Shown here piece by piece: positions 52,939 to 64,000 of a stretch of DNA of 64,000 nt. Origin of the DNA: Eledone cirrhosa (taxonomy: Eukaryota); assembly GCA_964016885.1 (NCBI GenBank), contig OZ024740.1, forward strand, positions 202,988,001 through 203,052,000, written 5' to 3'. The position numbers were made by a program, and so were the translations under genes. The notes under the pieces are model-generated. The model ran no database searches, was not told the DNA's origin, and was given only the letters and a program-made list of their open reading frames with translations. Numbering within the stretch: position 1 is the stretch's first letter; every line of letters begins with the position of its first letter.

Positions 52939-53861
52939 CTAGCAGTGGTACCCGGCGTTGCACGGGATAAGGTATTTTGGAACGCGGGCCGCCAACAGAC
53001 CTAATCGTGGGAAAACTGCATACCTGGACAATATGTAAAGAAAATAAACCGAATAGTCTGATGGCTGGATAATCTTTAAGATTTTCCTCGATGAAGCAGT
53101 AAAAATGCAGGTCTTCACCTAATGCGGGCCCTAGGGGATCAATAAAATGAATTTTTTTATGTGCATAATAGGCCTTGGAATTTCTGGAAAATCGGCTAGA
53201 CGTAACGCTTCAAAAAAGCCCTAAAAAGCTGAAAAAATGAAGTTTTTCACCTAATGCTAGTCCATAAAAAAAGTTGGATTTTCTTTGCTCGCGGCATGAA
53301 GAAGAGACTGACTAATACATAGTTACAATTTAAAGGAAATCAGTCTGACGTAACGCTCCAAAAAAGCCCTAAAAACCTGAAAAAACGCAGTTTTTCACCT
53401 AATGCGGGCCCTAGGGGATCAAAAAGTTGGATTTTTTATGTGCATAACACTCACTGAAGCATAAGTAATACGCATGTAAAGTTTGAAAAAGGTCGGTTGG
53501 GTACTTCTCGAGTTTTAGGGATTCAAACTCACAGACACACACACACACAGACAGACATCCTGATGGAAGTGATGTAATGCAGACAGTCAGACATACAGAC
53601 AGATATTATAAGGGCGCGACGTTATATGTATGTATCTATCTAAAAAGAGAAATACTAAGAATTATAGAGAGAGATCGCTAAATCGCCTAATGCGATCCCT
53701 AGGGCATTGAAAATTTGAAATTTTGTTTTGCTCAGAACACTCCCTGAAACATAAGTATTACATGTGTAAAGTTTGAAAACAGTCGGTTGGGTGCTTCTCG
53801 AGTTTTAGGGATTCAAACTCACACACACACAGACAGACATCCTCAGTTTTATATATATAGA
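52939..53861 (-). mobile_element. Non-autonomous Helitron 1
   Basis: 5' TCtatatatataaaa..(gtct)n at 53861; 3' hairpin cccg-tgcaacgc-cggg followed by CTAG|T at 52939; internal direct repeats. Confidence 0.75.
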
Positions 53862-54908
53862 CTAGCAGAAATCCACCCGGTGGGCGGTTTTCTGCTAGCA
53901 AATCTAGTGTATATACTGATATTGTTGAGATTTGGATGAGAAATGTTTTCGGCACCACATGTTCACCGTCTCTCGGTGTGTCTTTTATGCATGTATAAAT
54001 ATATGTTATCTATACGGTGAAATCTTTGAAATATGTTAAAACGAAAAAGGAGAAAATAAATAACTGGCGGTTAGAAAAAAATATTCCTATGAAATTTTAA
54101 TCATACCATTAGGTATGAATAAGGAAATATTTTTTTATTGTTAAAACAAATGTTCAAAAGTTAAACTTCAATTTTTTGAATTATTTCCAATTTTTTCATG
54201 AAATTGAACACTGGACATTGGCTGCTGGAAATGGAAATTAAATCGTATTTAATTGTATTTAAATTTCTAACCTTATTTTATTATTTATATTTTTTCAATA
54301 AGAAATAAAAAAAAAAAACAACAAAAAAAATTGAAGAAAAAAATTGAACAAATCAAACGTAAGTTATGGAACTGCGCAATCTGATTAATAAATTACCTCA
54401 TCAGCAGCAACCTTCTTCAAATGGTCCTTATTATCAGCAGCAACAACCACAAATTCAATGTCAACCTTCTTCAAACCACAAATTCAATGGCAACCTTCTT
54501 CAAACCACAAATTCAATGGCAACCTTCTTCAAATGGTCCTTATTATCAGCAACAACAACCACAAATTCAATGGCAACCTTCTTCAAACCACAAATTCAAT
54601 GGCAACCTTCTTCGCATGGTGTCAAGTCAGAACCGCCTCGAACTGGTTACTTCTGGCTTGTGCAAGGTGTCTCTATAGCAACCAGCGATTCCCTCGGCCT
54701 CAGTGACCAAAATCAGTGGAGAGAGGAAGGTAATGTTTCTATAGCACATGTTTTAGCGTCTATTCACTCTCTCTCTCTCCCTCTCTCCCTCCCGCTATCC
54801 CCCTCTCGTAGTCTGTCTCTTTCTTTCACTCTCACTCTCTCTCTACGCACGTGTTTCCACTGTCGGACAGACAGACAGAGAAATTGCTGGTTATATAGTA
54901 TAAGGAGA
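53862..54908 (-). mobile_element. Non-autonomous Helitron 2, head-to-tail with Helitron 1
   Basis: A|TCtccttatactatataa..(gtct)n at 54908; terminal hairpin ending CTAG at 53862; internal 29-bp minisatellite at 54410-54612. Confidence 0.6.
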
Positions 54909-55271
54909 TATATGTGTGTGTGTGTGTGTGTGTGTGCATATATACGAAGGGCTTATCCACAATTTCCGTCTACCACTCACAGGGCTATAGCTGCCCAAGA
55001 TGCCGCGCAGTAGGACGGAACCCCAAACCACATAGTTGCTAAGCGAACTCCTAGGTTATACGGCCATACTATGGATTATTCCGCTTGTACTGTTTTCAAT
55101 AGTTAATAGTTATAATTATAAAATGTGTGATTTCAGAATATTTATTCATTCAGCCGTATTTCACAGCTTGGAGCAGTTTAATGAAATAATCAAATATTCC
55201 TTTATCCCTTTATTCTATTATTCATCTAATCTTTTATTCTTTATCCTCGGTAGACTACATATTTAATAGGC

Positions 55272-55337
<66 letters not shown>

Positions 55338-55424
55338 ATATGCGCGCGCGTGCGCACATGTGTATGTGTGTGTGTGCACGCGCGCGTGTGCATATGCACA
55401 CACTCTCACACACTCACACACACT

Positions 55425-55462
<38 letters not shown>

Positions 55463-55554
55463 AAATTATACATGAATGTATTTATATACATAGAATGACG
55501 CATATGTATATATATGCATATATATATCTGTGTGTGTGTGTATCTTCACCTCAT

Positions 55555-55593
<39 letters not shown>

Positions 55594-56054
55594 CATATAT
55601 ATACATATATATACATATATATATATACATCGCTGATGTTATTTAGTGGGTACTTTTAATTTCTCTTTTTTCTTTTTTTTTTTGTGTGTGTGTATGGGGG
55701 GGGGGGCGCTTCATTTTGTTCGGTTTTGTTTAATGCTGTTCAGTATTTTATTTGCTTGTTTTTCGGATTAAATTAGTCGAAATATTCCGGAGTCTAAATC
55801 ATAATAAACATTGATTCGTTTGCATTTAGCATCAGAGGTTAAAGTGACATTAATATGTATACCCATGCTTAGTAATTATATGTATTGTATGTAAGGTCCC
55901 GTAACTCCTGATGTAGTGGTCGGGGCGCCGCATACGGCGTTTCTTAGGTATTTTAAACCTGGAAGAGACCATCCCTCTACCAGGCCTGAGCACACTAGGT
56001 TTCTTCCAGAGAAAGATAGAAAGTGAGAGAGAGGTAATAAGAAAGAGATATAGA

Positions 56055-56344
56055 GGAAGAATCGACCCCAGTACTAGACTGGTACTTTTTTTATCGACCT
56101 CGAAAGGATGAAAGGCAATGTTGACCTCGGCGGGATTTGAACTCCGAGAGCAGAGAGCTGTAACGAATATCATAAAGCATTCTATCATATTATTTATGCT
56201 TTGCATCATAGAGTTACGGCCCTTTGCGGTCTGAGTTCAAACCTGCCGAGGTTAACTTTGTCTTTCATCCTTACGGGGTCGTTAAAATAAAGTACCAGTA
56301 ATGCACTGGGGTAATTGCTGGCCTTGTACCAAAAATAGAAACAA

Positions 56345-56350
<6 letters not shown>
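56055..56350. mobile_element. Two divergently oriented partial Nin/Deu-like SINEs (56055-56180 -, 56195-56350 +)
   Basis: Core motif present on both strands. Confidence 0.75.
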
Positions 56351-56386
<36 letters not shown>

Positions 56387-56397
56387 GTGTGTGTGTG

Positions 56398-56490
<93 letters not shown>

Positions 56491-56491
<1 letters not shown>

Positions 56492-56718
56492 AAGTCTAAA
56501 GTCTGTATTAAGCCAGAAGGTTCATTTGGCCGGTACTTATCCCGGTTTCATGGCGTGAAGCGACTGAGAGTACAAGACTCCCCCTGGACAGGACGCCAGT
56601 CCATCGCGGGGTTAAACCCCCAGCTATTGCTGGTACTCATTTTCAGCTGAGTATACTAGAGCAACGTGAAATGAAATGTTTTGCTCAAGAACACAACACA
56701 CAACCCAGGAATCGAACC
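56491..56718 (-). mobile_element. SINE with V/Meta-like domain (3' part also at 60058-60190 +)
   Basis: ggttcgattcc..cttgagcaaaac..gcgatggactggcgtcctgtccaggg..gtcgcttcacgccatgaaaccgggataag. Confidence 0.7.
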
Positions 56719-57164
56719 ATATATATATATATAGTTACAGTTTCGTGTTATAAACCAAAGAATTTAAGGTTTAAGGCATTTAAAAACCGACAATTATTTC
56801 TACCCAGGTTATGCTACATTCATTATTTAACTATATAACAGCTCTGCATGAGTCTATCACTCCATTGAGCTAAAGAACACTTAGTAAATGTGTAAAAATG
56901 ACTCACATTCATGCATGGAATTTAGAGAGTTCGCTGGGTGCGTCAGTCGCGAGCAGCCAGTTTGGGAAGTGCTGTAATACATGTCGGATTTTAATTTCGT
57001 CCGATTTCAACAATGATCCCGTGTTCCTGAATTCCGTGATAACTGCATATGAGCCGTGGAAACAAAAGCTCAGTCCTCACAGTAATAGCATCCAAAGTCG
57101 CCAAAACCCCCAAAAGCACGTCAGTGCGGGGAAAAATCTAAGTGATGCTGAATATTTTCTTTGA

Positions 57165-58170
57165 CTGGTGTTGCGCAAATACGTTACAAAGAGGTTTAAG
57201 TACTGTGAAGAGATACCATTGTCTTCGTCAACCTTCCATAGAGATTTCCGATGGATGTTGTCAAAATCATTTTTGAAGTCTATAAAGTTGTCTGACAGGA
57301 CCTGTTGGAACTCTATGCTCTCTTCCACGATGTTTCTCAGTGTTAACATTTGTTCAGTTCAAAGAGCGGTTAGAAAGGAACTGTACGTGTTTTTCTCGTG
57401 ATATTTAATCAATTCCCCCATCGGAATCTGTTCAGTAACACATCACAAAAAACTTTTCCTGGCGCAGAGAACAATGTAATTCCTCTTGTAATATTCTGTT
57501 TGGGGAAGCTTCACAATGAGTCGTCTCCTCCAATCAACCGAGACTTGCTGTTATTTCTGACACTTGTTGAGCAAGTTACTCAACGATGTTACACATTTCT
57601 GCTTCACCATACTTCAAGAACTCAGAGGAAATTTTATCATATCCACCAGCTTAGTGTTTCTTTAGTTTTTTCGATGCTTGGTGTATTTCCTTCTCTGTGA
57701 TATCACCAGTTCTTACTTGCAGGAGTTGTTCAGCTGGTGGTTCTGGATTAAAATCAAAATGTGAGACTGGATCTGGCGGGTCAATGGTCTCATGAGAGCG
57801 TTCCAGCTGTGTTATTTTGTTCTTCTCCTGATAACAGGATCTTTTTCCAGTTTTGTCTTTTACTGGTACACAACTGTTACATTTTGAACTAGTAAGCGTT
57901 ACAGCGTCTTTGTGTTCTTTCGGTTATTCGCGACTTCTGCTTATTGTCACTTTCTTTCTAACCATTCCTTTCTGTCGGTCTTCCGCTCCACTTTACCACA
58001 TTATTCAGCAGTAATTCGTTCTCTCTCTTCTGCTGTTTTGGTCAATTCTCTTCTGTTCTTTGCAACCCTCCACGGATCAATTACGGTTTATGATATTTCC
58101 CCTATCCACAGTTCCCTTCTTGATCCTCTTCTGCATCAAATAGTACAATTTGTACTTTTATTCTTGTTCT
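57165..58170 (-). mobile_element. Degenerate RTE/CR1-type LINE RT fragment
   Basis: RGITLFSAPGKVF; MLTLRNIVEESIEFQQ..NFIDFKNDFDNIHRKSLWK. Confidence 0.7.
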
Positions 58171-58337
58171 GAACAAAACCAACTTCTCTTCTACACTGTT
58201 GACGTTCTGATAAGGCCGGACTGGTGAAGTTCCCTTAAAGTTTTATTGTTGCGAAAACACCATATATATTACAATGGACAGGTGGTGAACCACCAAACTT
58301 CAATGTATATCTATCTATCTATATATGTGTGTATGTG

Positions 58338-58429
<92 letters not shown>

Positions 58430-58707
58430 CGCGCGCGCGCGTGAGTGTGTGTGTACATGTATATATATATATATACATACTGAAAAAATATCCGTGGGAA
58501 GAAATAGGGAAAAAATACTCAATCTAGTGCAAATGTTAATTTAGTATTTATTAATGTTCATACACGTAAGAGGCCATTAGTGGTAGCTATGATGAGACTT
58601 GGAAACCTAAGGTACCGCAATACATGTTACTTGTATGAACATTCACAAATACGATATATATACATATATGTGTGTGTATGTATATATATATATATATATA
58701 TATACGC

Positions 58708-58773
<66 letters not shown>

Positions 58774-58987
58774 AGCAAGGTTGCTTGGATGCGTCCATAG
58801 GCGGTATGCCAGTTGAGCATTCTATGCTTCTTCGGAGCAGAATATAATAATATGGAAAACGATGCATCACTGATTCTTCGTTTTCTATATTATATATATA
58901 TATATAACAAACGAATTGTGGTAAGGAACCAGATGGACCATAACGTACCAGAGTACTCAATACTTAGGGTAGTAGAGTGGGTAATAG

Positions 58988-59114
58988 GAGAAAGTATGAC
59001 CCCGACGGCAGAGCTCAAACCGTTTCGACGGTTTATTTCTGGACTATTTCTGACTTTAGTCCAGAAATAGCCGTCGAAACGGCTTGAGCTCTGCCGTCGG
59101 GGTCATACTTTCTC
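58988..59114. repeat. Imperfect palindrome made of two hammerhead 3' halves
   Basis: atagccgtc GAAA cggc-ttgagctct-gccg TC ggggtca and its inverse; no CTGANGA. Confidence 0.8.
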
Positions 59115-60210
59115 ATATATATATATATGTCGTTGTTAGAAGCATGTGAATAAAATATGAGTGTAGATGTTAAAAATACATATGTCTCTTTTTTGTACTT
59201 GCAACATTCATTTCTTTTAATATGTCGATATTAGAGCTGATCGGCCTTTGGCCATGATAAAATAGAAATAACGATTGAAAAGTAATGTTTCAAACTGTCG
59301 GAGAACAGAATCTGTCAATTTACATAATTTTAGAGTTTTATAGGGTTAGCTAATTTAATTATATATTATAATAAATTGTACACTAAACCGTTCTTCATCT
59401 TTATCAATCTTTATCAATCTACGGAGATAAGTAAATAAGGCGTCCTTGCATGTTTACATATATAAAATGTGTGAGAGTTTACATAGAACAGGCTTGACAA
59501 ACTCTAAAATCTCAAACGGGGAGTACCATGAAAAGAATTGAGCAAAATGGGGAGATTTTACATAATGAAAGCTATACTCATTTTCACAAGAGAAAACATC
59601 TCATACCCACCCCAAAGTGGGTGGGAGATCTCCCCGTTGGACAGGAAGAGTTGATAGGTCTGATACACGTTTCTCGCAGCTTCGGTGAAATCGTGTACTA
59701 TTTGTATACAATATATTGTTTTCAATATACCCCCAGCTGCTTATTCACAATATGATATATAATTTAATTAACTATCACGTTAGGAGCTACAATTATGAAA
59801 ATTAGTCGATCAGTTCTCTAGTTCTACCATATTTCATATTATATAATGTCTTTAGTCAGGTTAAAGATCTAGATAGCATCTGACGGGGATTCCAACAATG
59901 ACCAAAACTCATGTCAAGCTTTTCATCGTTTTTAGTCTTTGGAATATACATAAGACACGTATGAATGTTTCATTCTCGATGAGTCATCCACCTTAATGAA
60001 TTTCATGCGAATTTTCCTTTTTGAATTCAATTATATTCCAATTCCAATAGCGTTGGTTCCTGGGGGTTTAACCCTGCGATGGACTGGCGTCCTGTCCAAA
60101 GGGTATCGTGTACTCTCATTGCCTCACACCATGAAACCGGGATAAGCACCGGCCTAACGAACCTTCTGGCTTAAGACACACTTTAGACTAGAATCAGATG
60201 CTATTAAATC

Positions 60211-63065
60211 ATGGCACATTTCTAACATTAATACAAGGTTATACCCCATTTCTAACACTAATACCAGGTTATACCACATTTCAAACATTAATACCAGGTT
60301 ATACCACATTTCTAACATTAATATCAGGTTATACCACATTTCAAACATTAATACCAGGTTATACCACATTTCAAACATTAATACCAGGTTATACCACATT
60401 TCTAACATTAATATCAGGTTATACCACATTTCAAACATTGATACCAGGTTATACCACATTTCAAACATTAATACCAGGTTATACCACATTTATAACATTA
60501 ATACCAGGTTATACCACATTTCAAACATTAATACCAGGTTATACCACATTTCAAACATTAATACCAGGTTATACCACATTTCAAACATTAATACCAGGTT
60601 ATACCACATTTCTAACATTAATACCAGGTTATACCACATTTCAAACATTAATACCAGGTTATACCACATTTCAAACATTAATACCAGGTTATACCACATT
60701 TCAAACATTAATACCAGGTTATACCGCATTTCAAACATTAATACCAGGTTATACCACATTTCTAACATTAATATCAGGTTATACCACATTTCAAACATTG
60801 ATACCAGGTTATACCACATTTCTAACATTAATACCAGGTTATACCACATTTCAAACATTGATACCAGGTTATACCACATTTCAAATATTAATACCAGGTT
60901 ATACCGCATTTCTAACATTAATACCAGGTTATACCACATTTCAAACATTGATACCAGGTTATACCACATTTCAAACATTGATACCAGGTTATACCACATT
61001 TCAAACATTAATACCAGGTTATACCGCATTTCAAACATTAATACCAGGTTATACCACATTTCTAACATTAATATCAGGTTATACCACATTTCAAACATTG
61101 ATACCAGGTTATACCACATTTCTAACATTAATACCAGGTTATACCACATTTCAAACATTGATACCAGGTTATACCACATTTCAAACATTGATACCAGGTT
61201 ATACCACATTTCAAACATTGATACCAGGTTATACCACATTTCAAACATTAATACCAGGTTATACCACATTTCTAACATTAATACCAGGTTATACCACATT
61301 TCAAACATTAATACCAGGTTATACCACATTTCTAACATTAATACCAGGTTATACCACATTTCAAACATTAATACCAGGTTATACCACATTTCAAACATTA
61401 ATACCAGGTTATACCACATTTCAAACATTAATACCAGGTTATACCGCATTTCAAACATTAATACCAGGTTATACCGCATTTCAAACATTAATACCAGGTT
61501 ATACCACATTTCAAACATTAATACCAGGTTATACCACATTTCTAACATTAATACCAGGTTATACCACATTTCTAACATTAATACCAGGTTATACCACATT
61601 TCAAACATTGATACCAGGTTATACCACATTTCAAACATTGATACCAGGTTATACCACATTTCAAACATTAATACCAGGTTATACCACATTTCTAACATTA
61701 ATACCAGGTTATACCACATTTCAAACATTAATACCAGGTTATACCACATTTCTAACATGAATACCAGGTTATACCACATTTCTAACATTAATACCAGGTT
61801 ATACCACATTTCTAACATTAATACCAGGTTATACCACATTTCAAACATTAATACCAGGTTATACCACATTTCTAACATTAATACCAAGTTATACCACATT
61901 TCTAACATTAATACCAGGTTAAACCACATTTCAAACATTGATACCAGGTTATACCACATTTCAAACATTGATACCAGGTTATACCACATTTCAAACATTA
62001 ATACCAGGTTATACCACATTTCAAACATTAATACCAGGTTATACCACATTTCTAACATTAATACCAGGTTATACCACATTTCTAACATTAATATCAGGTT
62101 ATACCACATTTCTAACATTAATACCAGGTTATACCACATTTCAAACATTAATACCAGGTTATACCACATTTCTAACATTAATACCAGGTTATACCACATT
62201 TCAAACATTAATACCAGGTTATACCACATTTTAAACATTAATACCAGGTTATACCACATTTCAAACATTAATACCAGGTTATACCACATTTCAAACATTA
62301 ATACCAGGTTATACCGCATTTCAAACATTAATACCAGGTTATACCGCATTTCAAACATTGATACCAGGTTATACCACATTTCAAACATTAATACCAGGTT
62401 ATACCACATTTCAAACATTAATACCAGGTTATACCGCATTTCTAACATTGATACCAGGTTATACCACATTTCTAACATCAATACCAGGTTATACCACATT
62501 TCAAACATTAATACCAGGTTATACCACATTTCTAACATTAATACCAGGTTATACCACATTTCTAACATTAATACCAGGTTATACCCCATTTCTAACATTA
62601 ATACCAGGTTATACCACATTTCAAACATTAATACCAGGTTATACCACATTTCTAACATTAATACCAGGTTATACCACATTTCTAACATTAATACCAGGTT
62701 ATACCGCATTTCTAACATTAATACCAGGTTATACCACATTTCTAACATTAATACCAGGTTATACCACATTTCAAACATTAATACCAGGTTATACCACATT
62801 TCAAACATTAATACCAGGTTATACCACATTTCAAACATTAATACCAGGTTATACCACATTTCTAACATTAATACCAGGTTATACCACATTTCAAACATTA
62901 ATACCAGGTTATACCACATTTCTAACATTAATACCAGGTTATACCACATTTCAAACATTAATACCAGGTTATACCACATTTCTAACATTAATACCAGGTT
63001 ATACCACATTTCAAACATTAATACCAGGTTATACCACATTTCAAACATTAATACCAGGTTATACA
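60211..63065. repeat. 30-bp tandem satellite, about 95 copies, no indels seen
   Basis: ataccaggttataccacattt(caa/cta)acatt(a/g); phase stays constant across all 60-nt lines. Confidence 0.98.
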
Positions 63066-63630
63066 CCCACTCTAGATTCCGAAGATGAACTAAACAACTA
63101 ATTTTATCATTTACTTGACAAAAGAAATACAGGCCAAGCGTTAGTCGACAGGCTGTGATAAGTGGCAATTTTAATGCAAAAGTGGGTCGTGACCATCACT
63201 TATAAAAAGATATTTTTGGACGTCCTACGTAATTTTCATGTAAGAGTAAGGAGAGAGTACCAAAAATGGGACGGTGTATTAAGTCACTTTTGAAAAGGTA
63301 ACCTCACCTCCAATAGACAACTCCTGGAGATATGTAGTGGATATGATTTAGCCGCGACGTACAACTTCTAGCTCCGTAAAATGTGTTTTTTACAGCTAGT
63401 ATTACCTGTGGTCGAAACCATGTAAGCTGTTAGACTATGTACACAACTGGAGGAGCAACATTGCAGACATATGCTATATCCGTGCGTGCTGGCTGTTCCA
63501 CTGATCATGTACTCATATGCAACACATGCAAATTGCCCGTGAAGCTAAAGTGCAAAAATGTTGGCAAAATTGCACCAAAAAGATATTAACCAATGAAAAT
63601 ATCCCGAGTGGTAACAATTTAAAGATGCTG
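63050..63630 (+). mobile_element. Degenerate LINE apurinic endonuclease remnant
   Basis: GYTPTLDSEDELNN*FYHLL, GNFNAKVG, RAGCSTDHVLI. Confidence 0.7.
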
Positions 63631-63668
63631 TTTGATAATGTGTATATATAAGGTGTATATATAATGTG

Positions 63669-63759
<91 letters not shown>

Positions 63760-64000
63760 CAAGGGTAAATGGTTTATGCTTCGCGATTTATTTGGTAAAA
63801 CATATTTCTAATATGATAATGGAATTAATGGAATATGTATGGAGGAAAATGATTATTATTATCGCCAGGTAAAGTATATTTGAAGTTTTCGTTAAATTTT
63901 AATATGCTACCTCTATAACTCTGTGTTCTTACACTCTACAAATTGTCTCCTGTCAATGTTTGATATGTTTCATATATATATATGTCAACCGACTTTTAAT

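Noticed and set aside
54366-55013. 215-aa Gln-rich ORF as a captured gene
   Set aside because: Built from a 29-bp minisatellite and (CT)n inside a Helitron; no recognisable domain.
60198-63168. Long ORFs (892, 520, 443 aa) as repeat proteins, or the array as a CRISPR
   Set aside because: Pure 30-bp tandem units with no spacers and no cas genes; frames are open on both strands simply because the unit lacks stops in them.

Overview
Eukaryotic, AT-rich, microsatellite-saturated non-genic DNA. The SINE/LINE/Penelope content suggests a cephalopod (Octopus-like) genome; that is an inference, not a database result. No intact host gene is evident; one possible BTB/BACK-like exon lies at 41.6-42.0 kb. 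The window is a graveyard of nested transposable elements. It holds one near-intact Penelope-like element (PLE; RT + GIY-YIG, Neptune-like, 18.5-23.2 kb), four Naiad-like PLE fragments, two Tx1/L1-clade LINEs, an R4/Dong-like RLE LINE, RTE-derived elements, two tandem non-autonomous Helitrons, several tRNA-SINE families and a 30-bp satellite. The most notable signal is non-coding: about 15 minimal type I hammerhead ribozyme (HHR) motifs from at least five sequence families, plus several half-motifs. Many sit in near-perfect fold-back palindromes that place an HHR on both strands. One family has a U3-A8 core variant, one HHR has a branched 95-nt stem II, and a GAGTGCT/GAGTACT motif recurs downstream of unrelated HHR families. 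The 30-bp satellite appears to be an amplified 10-codon piece of a dead LINE endonuclease. Most ORFs in the track are microsatellite artefacts. Coordinates were read by eye; ribozyme activity is untested.
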